A stretch of DNA of 54,771 nucleotides, filler included, from Jimgerdemannia flammicorona (lineage: Eukaryota): assembly GCA_003990765.1 (NCBI GenBank). It is 3 parts of 3 records of this genome, joined end to end, with 100 filler letters (N's around TTAATTAATTAA, not from the genome) between each part and the next. Parts side by side here need not be neighbours in the genome. Positions count along the whole stretch, not along the records: positions 1 to 18,192 come from RBNJ01002269.1; positions 18,293 to 36,483 come from RBNJ01002270.1; 1 more part is not named here. One strand, given 5' to 3'. The translations under genes were made by a program, and so were the position numbers. A model generated the notes under the pieces. It saw only the letters and a program-made list of their open reading frames with translations. It was not told the DNA's origin and did no database searches. Shown in pieces: positions 13,010 through 23,642 of this stretch (position 1 is the first letter of the stretch; each line of letters begins with the position of its first letter).

Positions 13010-13415
13010 CCAGTATGCCCTGCTGCACCCTAAGGCCAAACCCCAAACCAAAGCCCACCCAGAGGATGTAGGATATGATCTTCACAGCCTGGAGGATGAA
13101 TCTATCAAGTCTGGAAAAACCTTCATGGTCAGAACTGGATTAGCCATGCAGCCACCTCAAGGAGCTTATATTCAACTGACCTCAAGGTCCGGACTTGCCA
13201 GACAAGAGATAACTGTAGAAGGAGGAACCATTGACCCTGGATATACAGGCGAAATCAAGGTCATCCTATACAACAGCAGTGCAGAATGGCACCGAATCAT
13301 TAGAGGACAGAAGATTGCCCAAGCAGTCTTCATGAAGGTCAAGACCCCACAGTTACAGGAAGTCTCTGAACTAACTGAAGGAATAAGACAAGCCAAGGGA
13401 TTTGGAAGTTCAGAC
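13010..13415 (+). pseudogene. dut: F1 dUTPase domain of pol
   Basis: All five motifs present: VGYDL, RSGLA, GTIDPGYTGEIKV, KIAQ, RQAKGFGSS. Confidence 0.93.
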
Positions 13416-13822
13416 AGGAAAGAGGTACATCTCCTTCAAGTCAACCACCTCAAGAGGAATGTTCCCCAGCAAGTATACTGGCAACCAGTCAGACTGTACA
13501 AGAATCTCATCCTGGAGTCTGGAGAACAAACTACTTTCGAAATATTTGCACCACCTGACCCCAGGAATCTTTTCTTTGAACCCAAGGAAGATATCCCACA
13601 CCTGGACATAGAGGGACACACATTCCCTGACAAGATGAACCCAGTACACTCCTGAGCAACCAACCAAAGTTGGGAGACCATCATCTTACCAAAAGGAACC
13701 ATCATAGGACATCTGGTACCTTTTCTCAACCGAACTCACAGGGAGGTTTATGAACTAAACCTATTGGGAAATGGCAAAAGGTCCCAGAAGAAAGGAAAGG
13801 CCCCTCTGCGACCCAGGAGACA

Positions 13823-15226
13823 GTGAAGCCTTCCACCAACATTGGAGAAGAATTGACACCTCAACAACAGCAACAACTAGTAGAACTTCTCAATAAATAT
13901 CAAGATATCTTTACTACCAATTATGGCAACCTGCCCTACAACCCATCATATCACTACAGCATAAATACAGGAAATACAACACCCATCCGGCAGAAACCCT
14001 ATAGAATACCCCATTACTTAAAAACATTTGAAAAAGAGCACATATAAGAACTTTTAGACAATGGAGTCATCTGACCCTCTACCAGCCCCTGGGCCAGCCC
14101 TATACTTATTGTACCAAAGAAAGGAGGATGGAGACTCTGTGTGGATTACAGAAAACTCAACTCAGTCACTGAAAAGGATGCTTATCCTTTGCCCAGAATT
14201 GATGACCTTTTGGACTAGTTACAAGATGCCAGATACTTCAGCAGTATGGACCTCTTTGTAGGATTCCATGAGATCCCCATGGACCCCAAGGACATTCAAA
14301 AGACAGCCTTTCTTGCTATAGGAAAACTGTTTGAATACCTCTGAATGCCCTTTGGACTCTGCAATACACCCCCTACCTTTCAGAGGATGATGAATTCAGT
14401 CTATGCCCCCTTGATCCACCACTGCCTGATTGTATACATAGATGATTCCAACATCTATTCAGCAAATTTTGAAGAATACTTGCACTACCTAGAGGAATTC
14501 TTCAAGCTCACCCATAAGAATCACTTGAGATTGAATGTAAAGAAATACTACTTTGGGAAACAGAAACTTGAATTCTTGGGATTTGTGGTCTCAAAAGAAG
14601 AAACTCATACAGATCCAAAAAAAATCAAGAAGATCAACAATTGGCCAGTACCCAAGACTCCAAAAGAAATACTATCATTCCTGATACTAGTATCCTACTA
14701 CAGAAGGTTCATCAAGGATTTTGCCCAAATTGCTGCCCTAATCCGAATTCTTCTCAAGAAAGGAATGACAAGCAAATGGACAGAATCACAGGAAAAAGCC
14801 TTCAGAGAACTCAAGAACCACATAACTACAGCACCAATCCTTGTGCGCCCCAATCTACAGAAGCCATTCATCTTGTATACAGATGCTTCCAAAGATGGCC
14901 TAGGAGCAGTTCTAGCCCAAGAAGGACCTGACCAACAGCACCACATGATAGCTTATGCAAGCAGAGCTACCAATCAATAGCAGATGAACTATGGCAGCAC
15001 TAAACTGGAATGTCTTGCAGTCATATGGGTGGTCACCCTGTTCAAGCATTATCTCATTGGAAAAAGGTTCACCCTGATCACAGACCATGCAGCCCTCAAA
15101 TGGCTATTCAACCACAAGAAACCCACCGGAATCCTAGCCTACTGGATTCTTATTCTTCAGGATTACAAAATCATCATTATTCACAAAGCAGGAAAAGCCC
15201 ACAACAATGTTGATGTACTTTCTTGA
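13823..15226 (+). pseudogene. pol: F1 reverse transcriptase and RNase H
   Basis: [26 protein letters not shown]; RNase H LYTDAS...LGAVLAQ, ECLAV, ITDH. In-frame stops from CAA/CGA. Confidence 0.95.
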
Positions 15227-15229
15227 TAG

Positions 15230-16302
15230 CTCCAATGAACCAGAAGAAGGGTGTCCCGAGGAACCACACCCTAAAGGAAGCTCCTCAGACCATCAAGAAA
15301 CAAGAAGATCTCATCCAACAAGAATATCAAAAAGCCCACCAAGGATAGACAAGTACAGAAGACAAGATTTGAAAACAATATCAACATTGGCCCCACCTAA
15401 GAACTCAAGTCTGGGACATCATTCAGAAATGTAACATCTGCCAGAAGTACCAAGGAAAGAAGAACTATCAAGTCCCTCTGCAACTGATCCCCCCACCCAC
15501 TCACATCTTTCAGAGATGGGGAGTAGATGTAATTGGACCTCTACCAGTTATACCAAGAAGAAACAAATACATCCTTATATTTGTGGAATATCTGACCAAG
15601 TGGTCCGAGGCTTTCCCAATGGAAATCGCAGATGCCTTAATCATTGTAGGCCTCCTCCATAGACTCACACTCAGATATGGACCTCCAGAAGAACTCATCT
15701 CCGACCGAGGCACAGAATTCATCAACAACATAATCACAAGTTATACCCGAATTCACAAGATCCACCTCAAAAGGACCACATTATACCACCCTCAGACCAA
15801 TGGCATGACAGAGAGAATGAACCAGACCATCAAGAAAGAACTTACCCGAGTCAATTCTACTGATTGGGACCTCTGCTTACCTGAGATCCTATGGGAAATT
15901 CAGAACACCCCTGCCACATCCACCAAACAAAAGCCATTTGAAATGATGTTTGCTAAGAGAACCAGAACTGCTGACCATGAGAATCTCAGAGACCTCCTCA
16001 AGAAGGCAGAACAGCTACATAATCAAGCCCAAGGACAGATTATCAAAGCTCAGGAAAGACAAAAGAAGTATTATAACCAAAAACAGAAGGATCAGGAGAT
16101 CAAGATTGGAGATCAAGTCCTAGTTTGGAGAAGTATGATTGAGACAAACTTTGCTACCAAACTAGAACTGAAGTGGGAAGGACCTTATCTTGTACACAAC
16201 ATCAGAGGAACTAGTATCTATTTAAGAAGTATGGATGGATGAACCCTGAGAACACCAGTATATATCAATCACCTCAAACTATATTTCCCCTCTACACCAT
16301 GA
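15230..16302 (+). pseudogene. F1 integrase (HHCC remnant, DDE core, GPY motif; no chromodomain evident)
   Basis: CNICQK; WGVDVIGP; ISDRGTEF; HPQTNGMTER; KWEGPYLV; ends ...HLKLYFPSTP* at 16300-16302. Confidence 0.95.
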
Positions 16303-16814
16303 GCCAAAGGATTGATCAGTGCCTCCAGACATTAGTCCTCAGCTCCTTCCAAGCCCTACCAGTCCCTCTGCCCCAATTCGGCCAAGCCAATGGAAGCCCC
16401 CTTCAAAGGATCCAAGCTCATCAAGAAAATCTCACCCTGGCCAGATGCCTACTATAAGTCTACCAACTGCAGGCCTATTATGCAATTAGTGAACAATTGC
16501 AGAACCTCTCAGCCTCAGAACAGACCTACATCAGGAATACCACAGGTCTGACCAGAAGAGACACTACTGCTGCAGACAGACTATATACCATTTACAAATG
16601 AAATGTCACAGCCCTGATACAGGCACAATTCTCCCTGAATGATATTCAAGGAATGAACCCTGTTACCTATTTGAGCATCATCAACTCTATCGAAATCCTA
16701 TTCCCTGAAGAAGAAGAAGAGCCCATAGAATGGAGTGACCCCAGTACAGACAATAAAGATGATGGAATAGGTATAGATGCAGAAGCAGCCTATGCTTATT
16801 GGGATGATGACTGA
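16299..16814 (+). pseudogene. F1 accessory ORF3 (171 aa, unknown function, acidic tail), 2 internal stops
   Basis: ATG 16299 to TGA 16812-14 in one frame. Internal stops are TAA and TGA, consistent with CAA and CGA. Colinear in copy B at 23130-23642. Similar to F2 ORF3 and the F3 LTR ORF. Confidence 0.8.
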
Positions 16815-16817
16815 AGA

Positions 16818-16853
16818 ATAGTCTGGAACAGACTACCCTTCAGTGGGGGCTGA
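16818..16853 (+). promoter_or_regulatory. Short hairpin and polypurine-tract-like site before the 3' LTR
   Basis: TAGTCT-GGAAC-AGACTA inverted repeat, then CAGTGGGGGCTGA abutting TGTGACA; same arrangement in copy B. Confidence 0.7.
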
Positions 16854-18173
16854 TGTGACAAACCAAAACATACTACCCGAATTATATCTTAACCAGATGA
16901 CGCGAACAATTAGGCAAGATGACATGAACACACAGCATAGTAACCAGCAACCATTACTGTAGAAAACTGTATAAATAGCCAGATATACCAGAAAGGGTCT
17001 GTTTACCTGTACAGACTCTGTATACTATACAGACTCTGTACACTGTACAGGTCCTGTACACTATACAGACTCTGTACACCTGCCATAAGTAGCAGATCTA
17101 TAGTTAGCCACATAGTAACCAGATAGCAACCAACTTGTATAAATTACCCCAGAGACAAGAGTGAATAAACCTCAGTCCGAAAAGTTGAAGTAAACCAAAG
17201 AAGCCTCTAAAGATTGAGCATTGGTCCCTTTTCCCCACTCTGGTCCACTTTCCAATACAAAGATTGATTGGTTCACTTACCAGATAAGCCTGAAGAATTC
17301 AAGTTTGCTGCCTAAGTTCAAGAAAGAACTTCGCCACCATTTTCAAGTCATTTTGCCACATTCCCAGAGAGCCCTATTCTTGCCACAAGCCAGTCTTTCT
17401 GATGCAACTTTGCAGTGGAGCCAGTCTATGACATAACCCTGTACAAACGAAGCCAGTCTTTGATATAACTTGCCAAGAATCTGAGTAGTATTCCCAGTTG
17501 AAGCCAATTCAGGAAGAATCTATGCCATCCAAGTTAATTCCCAGTTAAGCCGCCGTTTTCAAGAAGTCTGCCAATTCAGAAAGAATCCGCATCATCTGCT
17601 GTTTTCAAGTTATCCACATTCCCAGTTGAAACCACTGATTCAGAAAGAATCTGTGCCATCATATTCCCAGAAGAGCCACCGATTCAGGAAGAATCCGCAA
17701 TATCTGAGTTATTTATTCCCAGTGAGCCAAATCGAATTATCCACCAAATTATCAGAACATCCTGCATAGCTATATAGAGATCGTCATGCAGAGATCACTG
17801 TCACCTAAGAAGAAGGAAAACTGCTAAATTGTCAGACCATCACACACAAGGAGATCATCGCGCTACACAGAAATCACCCATTACTCAAGAAGGAAACCAC
17901 TCGTGCTACACACAAATTCTTCCACTCCCAGTTGACCCAGGAAGGAAACCCATTCACACAAATTGCCACTACACCCAGAGAACCATCCCAATTAGGAAAT
18001 CGACATACAAATCACTCACAGATATCCAGCTTTGACTATTATACCACTAAATACCAAGGACCTCAGGAATCTTAGAATATTTTGTTGCTTTTTGACAAAG
18101 TAACTGGGGGCTCAAGCCAAACTACATCAACCCCCAACCTTGTAATTTGCCTCCATTGAGCTGGCATGTTACA
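16854..18173 (+). repeat. F1 3' LTR (1320 bp)
   Basis: Direct repeat of the 5' LTR; differs by transitions and small repeat-unit indels. Confidence 0.97.
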
Positions 18174-18192
18174 ATATATATATATATATATA

Positions 18193-18292
18193 NNNNNNNN
18201 NNNNNNNNNNNNNNNNNNNNNNNNNNNNNNNNNNNNTTAATTAATTAANNNNNNNNNNNNNNNNNNNNNNNNNNNNNNNNNNNNNNNNNNNN
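18193..18292. other. Assembly gap linker (N-run/TTAATTAATTAA/N-run)
   Basis: Identical artificial spacer at 36484-36583. Confidence 0.97.
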
Positions 18293-18314
18293 AAAAAAAA
18301 AAAAAAAAAAAAAA

Positions 18315-20880
18315 CTTGAAGCTCACGGTGCGGCAAGAAACATAATGTCATGTCGTATGTTTGTCATGTTCGGCATTTAAACTTCTGGCTGGTATATATG
18401 TATGTCACGGATCAAAAGAAAATTGTCTGCTCCTATCTTCTGTCCAGCGACGAAGGTTCGGCCATATTTAATTAATTAAACCTCTGTTCTAGGGTCTCGG
18501 AAGCTGTCACGAGATCACAGACCGATCTGGGCAAGCCGCTCAAGTGCACATCACCAAAACCAATTTGGACAGACCTCGTGCTTTCATTACAATATAACGG
18601 GTGTGCACGAGTTTTTTGTTTGTTTTTATAAGCCAAAATTGGTCAAAATGGCAATATCATCTTGAATAAGTCTAATCTACATTGCATGTATGGCGTTTCA
18701 GTCTTAACAAGCATGCCCAATTGCAAAACTTAACTTGTTGGCGTGATGTCTTCAGCGGTTCAGCACAATTTTAATTTGTTGCCGTGCGTCATTCCACCCA
18801 AGGGTCTTCAGGAAAATGGCAAGCTATTTCGACGAGCGGGATCTACTTTAACCTTATCGCACAATACTACCTACATATGTCCAGGAGTTGAGATTCCGTT
18901 GATTGACATCACGAGGGCGTCAAACGGTGATGAATAAAATACTATTATATCATAACAGTAGCGCTTTATATGCGCACAACCGCACATCAGCTCTCAATGT
19001 CATTGACAACTTTGGGCGCGTCTAGAGGCCATATGGTTAGGTGACGTTGGACAACGCCACGGGTATTGGGAATCAAACTCGAAAATTACACCATATTCAA
19101 ATCACGTGCAGAGCAAACGACGATCTCTAGTACACACTGTCTGTCGAAGCCCGACATCATCATGTATCAGTTTTGTTGGAAGCATTACGCTTCTTTCTTG
19201 AAACTGTGGCTAACTTGGCTTGCGATAATACCATAGGAAGACAACTTCGCCGGGTCCAAACGAGCGAGCGTGATTCTTCACGAGTCCAAATTTGGAAAAA
19301 AAACCCCCCGAAGCTTATGTAATATCTACATATTGGAGAACCTGTTCAACGTCGTTTCCTTTTTGTCGTTGAAAAATTCATTGGGGATATGTGTATATAA
19401 TATTTCACGCGCGCAAGTTACCGCTCATTGAATCCCCCCCCCCCCAAAAAAAAAAAAAAAAAAGCAAGAAACTAACACCAAACTCGCGCAATGCAACGCC
19501 CATTTTATCCGCCTTGGACCTGCACCATTAATTCCCACTCCCCAAATTCTGTCACGAGCGCACGCTTGCAGCGTGTGACCATATCAACTCATGGCATTTT
19601 GCACTTGTAAAAACATACCTCGTCAGAAATCGAAAGAAATCGATAAAACGGACGGATTTGAAGAGAGTTCGATTTGACGCAGCGCCATATAGTGTCAATC
19701 CGATAAGGAGGGGAGATTATTCGATTTCCATACCAGCTGATCACGTAGATTGGCTCGAGGTTCGCACATGGGAATATCACGATACAAAAGTCAACATTGC
19801 CATAGCATTACGCATTCAGTGATATGAAGAGTAACCGATATATAGTGCTATCTCTCTTGAGGGCTCAAGAGTCACCATCCCGGCGCGTCCTCCGAGAGCC
19901 TTGGGCAATATGTTGATTTTTTTTTTTGCTTTATCGATATTGCAATGGAAGGTGAACCAGTAAGAGAATCTATTGTCCCACCCCGACGGCATTACTCGCT
20001 GCCAGCGTCATGAATCAACTCGTGCACGATAATACTTCATTCAATTTAGATGGAAATAAATTTTTTGGCATATTCCTTTCCCATCCGTGCCCGAAAACCA
20101 GGCACGTCCTGTGTCACCCTCTGTGACCAACGTCCCAAGGGCGTCCGTATACCATGATAATTGAAGGAGCATTTGTGAAGTTGAGCGGAAGGGCTTTTCA
20201 GAGATCACTTATTTTGACATTCTTGCGGCGGCTGGTCCGCCGGGGGAATGGAAGAGAAAGGGGGGAGGTCCCAGGATATGGACACTTTCAGCATAGTGTG
20301 ATCAGGTCCATTTTATTGTCAGCCAGTCTCTAACTTAAAAAGTCATTCTGCTGTCATTCGGAAATGAAAGTTTTGCACAACACGCATGCAACAGGCACTC
20401 GCCGACCTTGGCCCAAGATGATTACTAAATCAAGACATGTGACCCAACCTGAAACTCCCTACCTTTTGGCGAGGATTATTTTTGTGTTTCGCACGAACTT
20501 TTTGTCTTTAACATCATTATATGCTGAACGATTCGATATTCTCAAGTTTCTGAATAGTAGAAACTCTTGAGCTCTCTCGTTTATAACCCACCATTTGTAC
20601 ACGATCGACTTCCTTACCCTCAATTGTGAGAACTCCCACAACTAGGATAACGTAGATATAGAATATATGAAGCAAAAAGCAAAACGTCAAAATCTGGATA
20701 CTATACGAGCGAATTAAATTAGCTTAATCTGGGTTTTACTAATCAAAACGGGAGTCCCCAATAATGTACTGATCTCCACCGTTCACTTTGTCCTCCAAAA
20801 ATTGGATGGTTACCTCAATACAATGAGTTACAACAATGGCGCTTAGCCTTTGTGAAACCAAAATTTGAAGTTGTAATAAA
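18315..20880. other. Unique, CpG-retaining, apparently non-coding host sequence
   Basis: Balanced GC and frequent CG dinucleotides; no similarity to the window's repeats; only short ORFs with no recognisable motifs. Confidence 0.6.
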
Positions 20881-21747
20881 CGGTATCTTGTTCTAATAAA
20901 TATTTTATATATAAATTATAAAATGATATGTTTCTTATATCAAAAAAATAAATTATCAGATTTATTTGAATTCATATATATAAAAAAAGAGAGATATAAT
21001 ATCTTTCTACCTGAAGATATATATCAACATATATGATGGGAGAAGCCGCACAATAGAAAGTCACAAGTCACAAGCCACAGGCCACAAACTGTAAGCCATA
21101 AGCTGCTCAAATAATAATAACTAAATTCAAATATAAGGTTTTCAATGCTACTCATAATTAATCAGAAAATAGTTATGAAGACTCTAAAATCTTCCATTAT
21201 ATCATAATACTGATGTATATTATTTAATTATATAGTAACTTTTAACTTTTAATTTTAATATTTAAAAACCATTATAACTATATTAGATAGTTAATAATAA
21301 TATAATATAATATTATCACTATTGTTAAACTATGAGTAATATCTAAAACAAAAAAAAAAAAAAAACTTTAATTTATTCTTATTTACAGCATTAGCATAAT
21401 ATTAATTTTATTTTAATTTTTATATTTTAACTATAAAAATTTAAAATATTATAATTAATACTCTTAAATAAATTCAATTAAAATTGATTCAAATTATATC
21501 AAATTAGAATTTTTTGTATTTAAAATAAACTATTTTATATTAAATTAAAATTTAATTTAATTTATTGAAAATAAGATATAATGTTAACTAGCTTAGAAAA
21601 AATAAAATTATAAAAAGAAAAGAAAATACTCTATATATAATATTTTTTAAATTAATTTATCTAAATATAAAACTGTTAAATATTTATAAATTATTATAAG
21701 AAACTTATTTTTATAAAGAATTGTAATAAATTGTTATATATATATAT

Positions 21748-23090
21748 TGTAACATATCTGGCTCAATAGAGATAAATTACAAGATTAGAGATTGGTATAG
21801 TTTGGCTTGAGCCCTCAGTTACTTTGTTAAAAGCAACAAAATATTCTTGATATTTAGTAGTATAATAGTTAATCTAGATATCTGTGAGCAGTTTGTATAT
21901 TGATTTTCTAATTAGGACAGTTCTTTGGGTATAGCAGCAATTTGTATAAGAATGGGTTTTCTTCTTGAGTTAACTAGAAATTGGTAGAATTTCATATATA
22001 GTACAATAATCTCCAAAAGTATGTGATTTCTGAGTGATGATCTCTTGTATAACATAATGATCTCTAAAAGTATATGATTTCTGAGTAATGATCTCTTGTA
22101 TAGTATAATGATCTTGGTGATGTTTCTTATGTAGATTTGACAGATAACTTGGTTTGGCATAGATTCTCCTAAATTGGCTCACTGGAAATTATACTCAGCA
22201 GCTTACTGAGAATAGAGAGTAGTGCAGATTCTTCTGAATTGGGCTCACTAGGAATAAACAACTCAGATATCATGAATTCTTCCTAAATTAGCAAGGTTTT
22301 CTGGAGATATAGATAACTCAAAAATGGTAGTTTCAACTGAGAAATATAACTGGTAGCTTTTAGAAAAGAGTCTCTTAGTAAAGTTGTATCAAAGATTGGC
22401 TTCATTTGCACAAATAGATTTACTGTGAAGTTGTATCAGAAACTGGCTTAAGTAAGACAGCTTTCTCTTAAGTAGTGGAAAAGGTGGAGATCTTCAAACT
22501 TATCTGACAAGCAAACTAATAATATAGCTTATTTCTTAAGCAGCAGATTTCTCTTCAAAAAACAGTGAAGTTCTTTACTCAAACTTTGGTAGCAAACTCA
22601 GACTTTGTATTGGAAAGTGAACTAGAGTGGAAAAGAAATGCTTTGCTCACAATCTCTTAGCAGTGGCTATAGAGTTTCTCTCAAAGTATAGTAGGCAGAC
22701 TTGTCTTTTACTTTTAGATTCAATTTCAGACTAAGGTTTATTCACTCTTATCTCTGAAGTATTTTATACAAGTTGGTTGCTATCTGGTTGCTATGTGGCT
22801 AACTATAGTTTTACTACTTCTGGTAATGTTTGAGTATATCCTCTGGATATAGATATGTCTATAGGATATGAGTATATCCACAGGACATAAGTGTGTCTGT
22901 AAGATATAAGTATATCTGCCAGACACAGGTGTGTCCTCAGAATATGGATAAACAACCCTGGTCTAGTATTATGGCTAATTATGAGTATATTGGATATGAG
23001 TAACTATAATATACTAGAAGTTACATTATGTTGAGAGCCCATATCATCTGGCTAAGTTATAATTTAGGTAATATGTTTTGGTTTATTACA
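21748..23090 (-). repeat. F1 copy B 3' LTR
   Basis: TGTAACA...TATTACA; repeat of 30789-32183. Confidence 0.92.
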
Positions 23091-23129
23091 TTAGCCCCCA
23101 CTGAAGGATAGTCTGTCCCAGACTATTCT

Positions 23130-23642
23130 TTAGTCATCATCTCAATAAGCATAAGCAGCTTCTGCATTTATATCTATTCTATCATCTTCATTGTCTGTAC
23201 TAGAATCACTCTATTCTAAAGACTCCTCTTCTTCCTCAGGAAATAGGGTCTCAACTTGATGAATGATGCTGAGATAGGTGAGTAGGATCATTCTTTAAAG
23301 GTTCAGAGAGAACTGGGCCTGGATTAAGGCAGAAGAGTTCTATTTATAGATTGTATATAGTCTTTTTGCAGTAGTAGTATTCCTTCTGTTCAGGTCAGTA
23401 GTATTGTAGATATAGGCCAGGTCTGGGAGGGGGAGATTCTGCAATTGTTCTCCAATTGTATAGTAGGCCTGCAGCTAGTAGACCTGAAGTAGTCTCTTGG
23501 CCAGAGTGAGGTTTTCTTGATGTACTCAGATTCTTTAGAGATATGTTCCATTGGACTCTCTGAACTGTGGCAGAGAAACTGGTAGAGCCTGGAGGGAACT
23601 GAGAACAAGGGTCTAGAGGTGGTTATCAATTCTCTGATTTAT
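23130..23642 (-). pseudogene. F1 ORF3, copy B
   Basis: Colinear with 16299-16814; retains LQAYYTIGEQLQ and AKRLYTIYK. Confidence 0.75.

Larger units (their letters stand above)
7897..18173 (+). mobile_element. Full-length Ty3/Gypsy LTR retrotransposon F1 copy C (10.3 kb; gag-PR-Cys/His insert-dUTPase-RT-RH-IN-ORF3), inactivated
   Basis: Paired LTRs TGTGACA...TGTTACA, PBS, PPT, flanking ATAT. PR-RT-RH-IN order is diagnostic of Ty3/Gypsy. Many transition-derived stops. Confidence 0.97.

Noticed and set aside
16299..16814. ORF3 as an env gene
   Set aside because: Too short; no signal peptide, furin site or transmembrane segment.
18237..18248. TTAATTAATTAA palindrome within N runs (also 36528-36539)
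   Set aside because: Artificial gap linker; adjacency across the gaps is not trustworthy.
18743..20641. Short ORFs in the unique island as host genes
   Set aside because: All under 70 aa with no recognisable domain or supported exon structure.
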